Of a stretch of DNA of 64,000 nucleotides, positions 38,069 through 46,203 are shown piece by piece (the stretch's first letter is position 1; every line of letters begins with the position of its first letter). Origin of the DNA: Thermodesulfobacteriota bacterium (GTDB taxonomy: Bacteria; Desulfobacterota; Desulfobulbia; Desulfobulbales; SURF-16); assembly GCA_049323935.1 (NCBI GenBank), contig JBMONN010000024.1:16926-80925 (forward strand), written 5' to 3'. Under the pieces are notes generated by a model. The model saw only the letters and a program-made list of their open reading frames with translations. It was not told where the DNA came from and made no database searches. A program made the translations under genes and the position numbers.

Positions 38069-38454
38069 CGATTTCCCATTTTATCCAGCTCTGCAGAAAA
38101 AATCCGGCAGAACTCTTCGTATCCCAACGAGGCGTTGATCCCCGGGCAGGAGGCGCTGATCGCCAGGAAATTGCCGGAATCGGCTAGAATGCTCGGATGC
38201 AGCGGCCACTGACTGCAGCGCCATGGCTTACCGGGATGAATCGTACAACCGTTCTTAAAAAAAATACAGTGGCCATCGGCAATCTTCATCTGCACGATTC
38301 CGTCGGTGACACGCAGAAATTTTTCCACCACCTCGTGTTCCGGCATACCGAGATACGCTGTCATTCTTTGCAGGTCAGCCTTGTCCAGGGAGACGGTCGT
38401 CTCGCCCTGACAGCAATACCCGCACTGTTTGCAAGCAAAGATGTTTTCTTCCAT
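38065..38454 (-). CDS. YkgJ family cysteine-cluster (zinc/iron-chelating) protein
   Basis: CKQCGYCCQG CxxCxxCC motif. The start is uncertain (38454 or 38487). The stop overlaps the rlmH start. Confidence 0.6.
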   Translation of the reverse strand: MEENIFACKQCGYCCQGETTVSLDKADLQRMTAYLGMPEHEVVEKFLRVTDGIVQMKIADGHCIFFKNGCTIHPGKPWRCSQWPLHPSILADSGNFLAISASCPGINASLGYEEFCRIFSAELDKMGNR

Positions 38455-38497
38455 TTTCCCGAATGTCCCGCTCTTAAAAAAAATCATCAGCAGATGA

Positions 38498-39061
38498 TCA
38501 AGCCCTGCCGATAATTTCACCAAAAATACTGATATCAATGCCGTGTTTGGCGGTGATCTTCTCCCACATCTGTTCCGGATCCGTTGCGAAAATATCCTCA
38601 AAGTCGGCAGGAAGGGTGAGCCAGCCATCAACGGAAAGCTCATTTTCAAGTTGGCCGGGTGCCCAGCCGGAGTAGCCGAGGCAGAAACGGTAGTGGTGCG
38701 GCCCCCGTCCGGCGGCGATGTCGCGAAGGATCAAAGCGTCGCGGGACAGATGCACCTGACTGGTGATTGGAAAGCACTGTCTCGCCCGATAATCACTGGA
38801 GTGCAGAATAAATACCGCCTCGATCTCCACCGGGCCGCCAAAATAAAGTGATGGCAGCAGAATCTCCGGAGTCGGCATGTCCATGCTCTCGTAAAGCGCC
38901 GCCAGCGAGACATCCTCGATGGGATCGTTCAGGACCAGACCCATGGCGCCATCTTCCGCAGTATGGCTGCACAGGTAGATCACCTTGCGGGCAAACCTGG
39001 GATCAGGCATCTGTGGCGTGGCGATGAGAAAATAACCGGTGAGGCTGTCCATGATCGGCAC
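38498..39061 (-). CDS. YqgE/AlgH family protein (UPF0301)
   Basis: LTGYFLIATPQMPDPRFARKVIYLCSHTAEDGAMGLVLN and GYSGWAPGQLENE are family hallmarks. Confidence 0.8.
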   Translation of the reverse strand: MPIMDSLTGYFLIATPQMPDPRFARKVIYLCSHTAEDGAMGLVLNDPIEDVSLAALYESMDMPTPEILLPSLYFGGPVEIEAVFILHSSDYRARQCFPITSQVHLSRDALILRDIAAGRGPHHYRFCLGYSGWAPGQLENELSVDGWLTLPADFEDIFATDPEQMWEKITAKHGIDISIFGEIIGRA

Positions 39062-39287
39062 CGTTCATGCTTTGATGGCGTCGCAAAAGTCGCCAACTGC
39101 TTCGTTGCTGTTACCTTATCTTGTCACTGCGGCGTATCTGAGTACGCCTCATTTTTGACGATTTTTGCTTAGCCATCCCCAAAATTGACTTTTCGCGAGA
39201 TCATCATGCTTCAATGAAATGAATCCAGTACTGTGCAGCTTAGCAGAGCGTGCCGGAGTGTCAAGGAGATATCAGCAGGTGCCCGAA

Positions 39288-39397
39288 ATAATGATGGACT
39301 CGCAAATCCGTAAACCACAGTAGGCGGGAAAGTGAAAACAACGAGTTACAAAACATGGTCCGTCGGAATCGTGACTTTTACGATTCCGACGGATAAT
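39288..39397 (-). repeat. family B element (copy B7)
   Basis: Perfect hairpin CGTCGGAATCGT gactttt ACGATTCCGACG (39361-39391), core on the minus strand. ATAAT at 39288 and 39393. Confidence 0.7.
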
Positions 39398-39426
39398 CGT
39401 CGGTTGTCGATTTCCAAAAAGGCTGT

Positions 39427-40839
39427 TCAGAAAAAATCGTTCTCCGATGAGCACACCACACGATTTCTTCCCGAGTTTTTAGCCGTATACAAGGCCTGAT
39501 CAGCGGCACGAAAGAGGTGAGTCGGTTGACTGAATTTCCTTTCCCCATGTGCTGCCGTTCCGATGCTGATCGTCACAGACAGCGCGATTTTCTCACAAAA
39601 AAAATGGTGTGACGCCACAGCTTCCCGCAGTTTTTCGGCAATTGCGCATGCGTGTTCTCTGTCGGTCTCCGGCAGCAATACCGCGATTTCTTCTCCCCCG
39701 TAACGGGCGACGATGTCCGTCGCGCGGATGCTTTTTTTCAGCAACTTTGCCATCTCGGCAAGGACGACGTCGCCGCAGACATGACCGTAGGTATCATTTA
39801 TGTTTTTGAAATAATCAACATCAAGAATGAGAAGCGACAGATGATGGTGGTATCGTTTTGCCCGTTCATATTCTTTAGCAAACTTTTCCAAAAAACAGCG
39901 TCGATTTGCCAGTCCGGTCAAGGCATCGGTGGTCGACAGCGTTTCCAGTTGCCTGTTTACCGCAAGCAGTTCATTGTTGGCCTTTATCAATTCGTCCTGC
40001 TGAGCAACGATTTCCTTGCCCATGGTGCTGATGGCTGTTGCCAGACGACCCATCTCGTCATTTCTTCTGACGATGTCCGAATCGAAATGTTGTCCTTTGG
40101 CGATCAGCTCTGTTCCGACTATCATTTTTTTTACCGGGCGACTAACGAAACGATTAAGATAAATAAAAATCAGAATCGAGGTGACAAAAAAACTGGTAAC
40201 GGCAAGTGCTGAATAAATCTTCTCCAGAAAGGCGATTTCCCTGTCTACCTGATCAAGGGAGATCACGACATCAAGGGTTCCGAGAATGGTCGAATCCTGC
40301 GGATGAGCATGACAGGAGGCAGAGGAACAGCCGGGCTCATTATAAATGGGATTAACAATGCCCAGGGAGCGGCTGCCGTCAGGAGCGGTGATAAAACGCG
40401 TCCGACTCTGCAGTTCAAGAGTTTTGGGAGGCTGGGGGAATTTATGGCAAATCGCACAGGCATAATCAGTAATATCTGCGGTGGTCCCTCGTTCTTCATC
40501 CTTGCTTGAAAAAATTATCCGGCCTTCTTTGTGAAAAATGCGAATACTTTCGACATTTTCCTGTTGAGCAACGTTGTTGATGATCTGAGTGATGTCCTCC
40601 CACACATTGTTCATCATGCTGTATCGGGTACCGAGCTTGATAGTGTTGCTGAAACGGTCCGCCTCGGTGAGAACGCTGTTGAGGATGTTTTCCTTGACGT
40701 AGTTGATGCTGAAAAATGAAAAAAAACCCATGCTGACAAACAGAATTGTCCCAACTCCCAGGATGAGCTTCAGAAAGAGACTCTGGCTTTTGGGCACAAT
40801 GTCCATTTTTCTCTTTCTCCCCTCCTGCTGCAGGATCAT
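39427..40839 (-). CDS. membrane sensor diguanylate cyclase (periplasmic domain with c-type haem motifs - HAMP-like - GGDEF)
   Basis: Two TM segments flank a periplasmic region of about 160 aa that contains CAICH (CXXCH) and CSSASCH (CX4CH). C-terminal GGDEF domain with RYGGEEIAVL. The start may be ATG 40806. Confidence 0.8.
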   Translation of the reverse strand: MILQQEGRKRKMDIVPKSQSLFLKLILGVGTILFVSMGFFSFFSINYVKENILNSVLTEADRFSNTIKLGTRYSMMNNVWEDITQIINNVAQQENVESIRIFHKEGRIIFSSKDEERGTTADITDYACAICHKFPQPPKTLELQSRTRFITAPDGSRSLGIVNPIYNEPGCSSASCHAHPQDSTILGTLDVVISLDQVDREIAFLEKIYSALAVTSFFVTSILIFIYLNRFVSRPVKKMIVGTELIAKGQHFDSDIVRRNDEMGRLATAISTMGKEIVAQQDELIKANNELLAVNRQLETLSTTDALTGLANRRCFLEKFAKEYERAKRYHHHLSLLILDVDYFKNINDTYGHVCGDVVLAEMAKLLKKSIRATDIVARYGGEEIAVLLPETDREHACAIAEKLREAVASHHFFCEKIALSVTISIGTAAHGERKFSQPTHLFRAADQALYTAKNSGRNRVVCSSENDFF

Positions 40840-41098
40840 TTTTCTGGATCAGCCGATATGACCAGTAGGCGCAAGGTGTCCGATCAGGCCGCCAGCAGGG
40901 AAATACCATTCGCGCCGAGCAGCGCAAGGACGGATGATCCCCATTCCCTTCACCATTGATCAACCTGTGCGAAGATTTTTTTTAATGGATTGATCTAGTT
41001 GTAGAAAAATTTATCGACTATATCAATGCAATAATCACAAAAAAAGGAAAGCAACATCCCTCCGCCGGCATGTTCTCTCCTTATTTTTGTCTCTTTCC

Positions 41099-41159
41099 TG
41101 GTGCCCGGAGCGAGAATCGAACTCGCACAGCAACGAGTGCCGAGGGATTTTAAGTCCCT
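41099..41159 (-). pseudogene. 3' half of tRNA-Leu(UAA): displaced att copy, not a complete tRNA
   Basis: The minus strand reads AGGGA-CTTAAAA-TCCCT (anticodon arm, UAA), long variable arm CGGCACTCGTTGCTGTGC, T arm GAGTTCGATTCTC, acceptor 3' strand GCTCCGGGCA + CCA. No D arm or 5' acceptor strand lies upstream (ATTATGATATCAT instead). Confidence 0.8.
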
Positions 41160-41527
41160 ATGATATCATAATCTAATTATATGTTTTTATGGAAATTTTA
41201 TTTCACAACAATGCCATTTGTTCCATTTTTGTTCCATTTAGTATATTTTCACCGAGTACGAAACAACAAATCCGAAAATAAAAATGTGAGGCCAGACTGG
41301 TTCTTTCAAGTCTTTCAATTATTAGCGCCGGCGAGAAAGCCAGCCAATTCCAGCGGTGAGAAACGCCGCCACTGCCAACGGTCACGAACCCAGCCATTAT
41401 CATTTTCTTACCTGATTTTTTCATTTTTCTCTATTTACTTCCTCGCATTTTGTTCATCTGGTTCTTTTCCTTCCTGATTTTCCGTTTCTTCCCCAAGGTT
41501 GTATGGTGTCCCGCGGAGGTGGGAGCC

Positions 41528-41959
41528 ATGTCGAACCTGAAGATCCGCTGCGCCCATTGCAGATGCCTGTTTCTCCCCAACCCGCGGGTAAAAAATCAGT
41601 GCTATTGCGGTAAAAAGCCCTGTCAGGCGGCGAGGAAGAACCGCTGGTTAAAGCAGAAGCTGGCCACCGATGATGATTATCGTCTCATGAAAAAGGAGTG
41701 CCAGCAAGACTGGGCCAGGCGACATCCTGCATACTGGCGGCAATACCGCCGAAGGCGCCAGCAATATACGGACAGAAACCGGCAGCAGCAGAAATTTCGT
41801 CGACGCGGTGTGCTGGCCGTTACCAAAGTTGTCAAGAAAGACGCGTTAGATGTATTTTATGACGTAAAACCGGGAAGATACTTCCTGGTCCCCTTTACGG
41901 GGAAAAACGTTGCAAAGAAAGACGCGTTAATGGTCAATATTTCCCCAATTACAGCATGA
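41528..41959 (+). CDS. hypothetical Cys-rich, highly basic protein
   Basis: GGAGGTGGGAG RBS before ATG 41528. N-terminus CAHCRC-x14-CYC-x5-C (zinc-ribbon-like), Arg/Gln-rich middle, duplicated KKDAL peptide. No family recognised. Confidence 0.4.
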   Translation: MSNLKIRCAHCRCLFLPNPRVKNQCYCGKKPCQAARKNRWLKQKLATDDDYRLMKKECQQDWARRHPAYWRQYRRRRQQYTDRNRQQQKFRRRGVLAVTKVVKKDALDVFYDVKPGRYFLVPFTGKNVAKKDALMVNISPITA

Positions 41960-42012
41960 TAGGAGGATTGACGCCAAGAAAGACCCGATAGCTTTTTGCT
42001 TCCTGCCCAGGC

Positions 42013-42456
42013 ATGATTCGCCGCAGGAGGTGCATCATGATCAGCAAACATCCCCTTGTGCCCCAGCGGCTTCGCAGTGTCAGCGGAAGCTTCGCCTGCA
42101 TCGAGCATCGCTTTCTGCGTGATGGTTTCTGGGCCGTCCTCACCCAGCATGAACTGCTGCTCTATTTCTTTTTGCTCCTGGCCGCTGACCGGCAGGGGCT
42201 CTCCTATTACGGCTACGACAGAATCTGCACGCTGCTGCAGATCTCACTCGATGAGTACATTCTCGCCCGGGACGGATTGATCGCCAAGGACCTTGTCGCC
42301 TTTGACGGCCGGCTTTTCCAGGTCCTTTCCCTGCCTGATGTTGCTTGCCGGCAGCCGCCCCGGCTGCTTGACAACCGGCAGGATATGATCCGCCACGATC
42401 CGGCCACCATCAGCCAGCTCATTACCACGAGCCTTGGAGGAGACCATCATGATTGA
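42013..42456 (+). CDS. hypothetical protein, possible winged-helix DNA-binding protein, translationally coupled to istA
   Basis: 147 aa; its stop at 42454-56 overlaps the istA ATG at 42449. ELLLYFFLLLAADRQGLSYYGYDRICTLLQISLDEYILARDGL resembles a wHTH/DnaD-like segment. No family assigned. Confidence 0.45.
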   Translation: MIRRRRCIMISKHPLVPQRLRSVSGSFACIEHRFLRDGFWAVLTQHELLLYFFLLLAADRQGLSYYGYDRICTLLQISLDEYILARDGLIAKDLVAFDGRLFQVLSLPDVACRQPPRLLDNRQDMIRHDPATISQLITTSLGGDHHD

Positions 42457-43927
42457 ACAACGGACCATCTTCGAGATTCACCGCCTGGCCAACGACGGAC
42501 TTTCCATCCGCCAGATCGCCAAACGGGTGGGCCATGATCGCGCCACCGTCGCCGAGTATCTGCGCGAGCCCCAGCCCAGGCGGCCGACCTTTACCCGACC
42601 GAGTAAGCTTGACGCCTTCACCGGGGAGATCGACAGCCTCCTGGAGCGAGACCCCGATGTCAAGGCCACGGTGATCATGCAGCGGCTGGCCGCCAAGGGC
42701 TTTACCGGCAGGCTTTCCATTTTACGGGCGCACCTGCGCAAGGTCCGCAAACGGCACGCCAGGGCCTTCATCCGTTTCGAATCGGCCCCCGGCGAGCAAT
42801 GCCAGGTGGACTGGGGCCATTTCGGCAGTCTCGACTACGGCGCAACCTCGCGCAAGCTTTACTGCCTGGCGGTCATCGAGAGCCACAGCCGCATGCTTTA
42901 CCTGGAGTTCACCCATTCCCAACGCCAGGAAGCACTGCATCGCGGGCTGCTTAATGCCTTTCTCTTTTTCGGCGGCTCACCGAAAACCCTGGTGCATGAC
43001 AACATGCTCACCGCCGTCATCGAGCGCGACGGCCCGCTGATCCGTTTCAACGGGGCCTTCCTCGATTTTCTGCGCCCCTTGAAGATCACGCCCCGGCCCT
43101 GCAACGTCCGGCAGCCTCAGGAGAAGGGCAAGGTTGAAAAGGGCGCCATCCATTTCATCCGCCACAATTTCTGGCCCCTGCGGACCTTTACCGGCCTGCG
43201 CGACGTGCAGGCCCAGGCGGACTTGTGGCGCGACCGGGTGGCCAATGTCAGGGTGCATGCCACCACCGGCCAGCGGCCGGTTGACCGTATCCAGTCAGGC
43301 GCCATGCAACCCTTGCCGCAGCTTACGGCCGATTGCCGGGATACGGCGCTTGCCAAGGTGCACACCGATTTCTGCATCCACTTCGACGGCAACACCTATA
43401 CCGTCCCGCCCTGGTTGATCGGCAAAACCGTGGTCGTTAAGGCCGATCATTACCGGCTGACCATCTACTTCAAGGAAAAGGCCGTCGCCGAACATGCGCG
43501 CTCCTGGCAACGGCGGCAACGCCTCGAACTGCCGGCCCATCGCGAGGCGGCCAGAAAACACCTCAGCAACCACTACCGCTCCGCCGAGGTCGCGGCCTTG
43601 CTCAGCCTGGGAGAGGCGGCCAAGGACTACTTCGAACGGATGGCCGGCGCCAATCTGCCGGTGCGGAAAAACGTGCAACGCCTCCTCTATCTCAAAGATG
43701 AATACGGCGCCCATGCCATCCTCGAGGCCATGAAACGCGCTGCCGCCCATAATGCCTACGGCGCCCACTATATCGAAAACATCCTCTACCAGCAGATGAC
43801 CCCGCAGCGCAGCCATCCGCCCGTCACCCTCAAACAGCAGGAGCTCAACCGCATCCGGCTCGAAGAGCCCTCGCTTATGGATTACGATAGCTTTGTCGTC
43901 AAAAAAAGGAGCCGGGGCCATGACTGA
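42449..43927 (+). CDS. istA: IS21 family transposase IstA
   Basis: N-terminal HTH (GLSIRQIAKRVGHDRATV), DDE core (QVDWGHF..., HDNMLT..., ...GKVEKG...). Classic position before istB. Confidence 0.9.
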   Translation: MIEQRTIFEIHRLANDGLSIRQIAKRVGHDRATVAEYLREPQPRRPTFTRPSKLDAFTGEIDSLLERDPDVKATVIMQRLAAKGFTGRLSILRAHLRKVRKRHARAFIRFESAPGEQCQVDWGHFGSLDYGATSRKLYCLAVIESHSRMLYLEFTHSQRQEALHRGLLNAFLFFGGSPKTLVHDNMLTAVIERDGPLIRFNGAFLDFLRPLKITPRPCNVRQPQEKGKVEKGAIHFIRHNFWPLRTFTGLRDVQAQADLWRDRVANVRVHATTGQRPVDRIQSGAMQPLPQLTADCRDTALAKVHTDFCIHFDGNTYTVPPWLIGKTVVVKADHYRLTIYFKEKAVAEHARSWQRRQRLELPAHREAARKHLSNHYRSAEVAALLSLGEAAKDYFERMAGANLPVRKNVQRLLYLKDEYGAHAILEAMKRAAAHNAYGAHYIENILYQQMTPQRSHPPVTLKQQELNRIRLEEPSLMDYDSFVVKKRSRGHD

Positions 43928-44657
43928 TCGAGAACGGCTGCGCAAAAAACTTCACGATCTGCGCCTGCACGCCATGGCCGCTCAGCTTGACGAAATACTT
44001 GACCGGGCCGGCGCCAAAAACAACGGCCCGGCCGAGGTGCTGGCCAAACTGGCCGACATCGAAGCCGAACACCGCTGGCATAACAGTATTGCCCTGCGCT
44101 GGCGGCAGTCAGCCCTCAATGAAAAACTCACCGTCGACCAGTTCGACTTCCACCATCACAGCTCCAGAAATGAGCAGAAAACCCGTCTCCTCAACCTGTT
44201 CTCTCTCGACTTTGTCAGCCGGCACATGGATGTCATTCTCATCGGCAACCCCGGCACCGGCAAGACCTTTATCGCCAAGGCCCTTGCCTATGCCGCCTGC
44301 AACGCCAATATCAAAGTGCTCTTCACCACGGCCATGGACATGATCAACAACCTGATCGCCGCCGAGGCTGATCGGTCATTGCTCAAAAAACTCACATTTT
44401 ACCAAACTCCGGAACTCCTGGTCTGTGACGAACTCGGGTATCTTTCGCTGGGCCAACAGGGATCAAACCTCTTCTTCCAGGTAATCAGCCACAGGCATAA
44501 ACAAAAGTCGACCATGCTGACGACTAACCTGCCGTTCACTGACTGGGGGAATGTCTTCGATTCCACTACCGTGGCCACCGCCATCGCTGACCGACTCGTA
44601 CACAACTCGGAGGTCCTTGTTCTGGGAGGAAAAAGCTATCGCAGAAAGGAAAAATGA
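43920..44657 (+). CDS. istB: IS21 family helper ATPase IstB
   Basis: Walker A GNPGTGKTF, Walker B LLVCDELGY. AAGGAG RBS; the ATG overlaps the istA end. Confidence 0.9.
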   Translation: MTDRERLRKKLHDLRLHAMAAQLDEILDRAGAKNNGPAEVLAKLADIEAEHRWHNSIALRWRQSALNEKLTVDQFDFHHHSSRNEQKTRLLNLFSLDFVSRHMDVILIGNPGTGKTFIAKALAYAACNANIKVLFTTAMDMINNLIAAEADRSLLKKLTFYQTPELLVCDELGYLSLGQQGSNLFFQVISHRHKQKSTMLTTNLPFTDWGNVFDSTTVATAIADRLVHNSEVLVLGGKSYRRKEK

Positions 44658-44952
44658 GATAAAAACTGAAATTTAGAAGACGAAAAGACTGCCGGAGCGT
44701 CTGCCTTGAAGGCGGCCGGAAACGAGGCATTGTGCGCTTAAGTCACCGGTATTGCGCGGTGCTGCGTCCACCGGCGATGATGGCGGGATTTTGTTCCGCT
44801 GCTTTTGGCGGGGTTTCTGCTCGCTGTCAATATTCAATTGCCTTAAATGCCAGTCGCAGGAATACTACATCATGACGATTACTCGTAAAATATCTTAAAC
44901 GGCCTGATAATTTTCCCATCCTCGCTTCTCTCCCATTGATCCGCTGAAAGTT

Positions 44953-45537
44953 TTACGCGGACCTCGGCACATGAACTTTTTTATCAGCCAACCTTTTTTC
45001 CAAGTTGGCAATCCGTGCGTCCATCTCTTTCATCTGGTTCCGCAACGCCAGGTTTTCTTTTTTCGTGCTGACTGCTTCATGTAATGCATCGACCAACTCA
45101 GCCAGGACAGTACTGTAAGGTGTGTCCGACTCCAGGATCTCAACCACCTTCATAATTTTTTCAGAAATACTTGGCTGGTTCTCACCGGATTTAAGAGGAG
45201 ACTTTGAATCGATGGCTCTTCTCTCGCTCTTCGCCATATCGGTGCGCATCGGCGTTGTATGCACCCCTCCCCTATTCCCTGCCGAAATTATTATATCTTC
45301 TTCTCCCCCAAGAATACGACGGCCAAGGGCAAGCATATCCTCGTAAGCCATATTGAAGTAGCTGGTGATTTTAGCCCGCACTTCTTCTGACCCCGGCTTT
45401 CGGCCTTTGACAATGGCATTCAGGTAGCCACGGTCAATATTCTGTTGGCCAGCCAGTCGACTTTGCGCACCTCGTCCCTCTTGAGTCAAGAGATATGAGA
45501 GCGCCACATGAAACTGATTCGAAATTGATTGATCCAT
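44953..45537 (-). CDS. XRE/cI-like HTH transcriptional regulator with C-terminal coiled coil
   Basis: HTH QSRLAGQQNIDRGYLNAIVKGRK. No S24 peptidase domain. Heptad-like C-terminus (LRNQMKEMDARIANLEKRL). Confidence 0.7.
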   Translation of the reverse strand: MDQSISNQFHVALSYLLTQEGRGAQSRLAGQQNIDRGYLNAIVKGRKPGSEEVRAKITSYFNMAYEDMLALGRRILGGEEDIIISAGNRGGVHTTPMRTDMAKSERRAIDSKSPLKSGENQPSISEKIMKVVEILESDTPYSTVLAELVDALHEAVSTKKENLALRNQMKEMDARIANLEKRLADKKVHVPRSA

Positions 45538-45648
45538 AGGTCAACAATAGACCATATGCTCAATAAATAAAAGAAAAAACGGATATTTCGGTTTTTTTCG
45601 CACATTTTAAGTTGACAAAATAGACTACTTTTAATAACAAAATTTGCC
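45538..45648. promoter_or_regulatory. divergent control region between cI-like and Cro-like genes
   Basis: Perfect -35 TTGACA at 45612. Two AATAGAC boxes (45546-52 and 45619-25), 73 nt apart; the second lies in the spacer after the -35. Confidence 0.4.
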
Positions 45649-45870
45649 ATGAAGACTACATCAAAGAAAATTACTCAGCGAGAGATAGCCAAGTCGGCCA
45701 AAATCGGTCCTGATTTTTTGAGTCACATTATTCGAGGCCGGCGGCGCTGTCCTCCGGCAGTTGCTCTTCGCCTGGAAGAAGCAACCGGCATCAGCAGGGT
45801 GACCTGGGTGTGGGGAAGTCCTGAGGAGATCAGGTCAGCACTAACTGAACACGCCTCAAAAGCAGGTTAA
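45649..45870 (+). CDS. Cro/XRE-like small HTH protein
   Basis: 73 aa, ITQREIAKSAKIGPDFLSHIIRGRR HTH; divergent from the cI-like gene. Confidence 0.65.
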   Translation: MKTTSKKITQREIAKSAKIGPDFLSHIIRGRRRCPPAVALRLEEATGISRVTWVWGSPEEIRSALTEHASKAG

Positions 45871-45873
45871 ATA

Positions 45874-46197
45874 ATGGATATCGAATCCCGTCTCGCAGCC
45901 ATAGAAGAGAGCCAGCGCGAAATACTCAAGTTGTTGAGCAAGGGGAACAATTCCCTGCCGATGACCATGGGACTCAAGCAGGCGGCGGCCTATGCCGGCT
46001 ATTCACCGGACCATTTCAGGCGATTGGCTGTTGAGCAACGAATTATTCCTTTTTCCAGACCTTCAGGCCAACAAAAAGGCAAGTTACTGTTCAGGAAAGC
46101 GGATCTGGATAGGTTTCTGGACTCATCAACAAAAGGAAAAAAAGAGCTGAAGCAACCAGGACGCAAGAGAAAATCAAAAGATATTCGGTTGTGGTAA
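45874..46197 (+). CDS. excisionase/MerR-superfamily HTH DNA-binding protein (Xis/AlpA-like)
   Basis: 107 aa, MGLKQAAAYAGYSPDHFRRLAVEQRIIPFSRP...LFRKADLDRFL is the typical helix-turn-helix_17/excisionase pattern. Confidence 0.6.
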   Translation: MDIESRLAAIEESQREILKLLSKGNNSLPMTMGLKQAAAYAGYSPDHFRRLAVEQRIIPFSRPSGQQKGKLLFRKADLDRFLDSSTKGKKELKQPGRKRKSKDIRLW

Positions 46198-46203
46198 GGC
46201 AGC

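Larger units (their letters stand above)
41967..44831 (+). mobile_element. IS21-family insertion sequence (boundaries tentative; alternative left end about 41831)
   Basis: istA/istB pair. ATTGACGCCAAGAAAGACCCG at 41967 versus the reverse complement of the right end, ATTGACAGCGAGCAGAAACCCCG (44831 inward). Two tandem GGCGGG(A/G)TTT... repeats sit at the right end. No target duplication was seen. Confidence 0.45.

Noticed and set aside
41099-41190. Possible complete tRNA-Leu gene
   Set aside because: Only the anticodon arm through CCA is present. The sequence where the D arm and 5' acceptor strand should be (ATAATTAGATTATGATATCAT) cannot pair with the 3' acceptor strand. Called as an att fragment instead.
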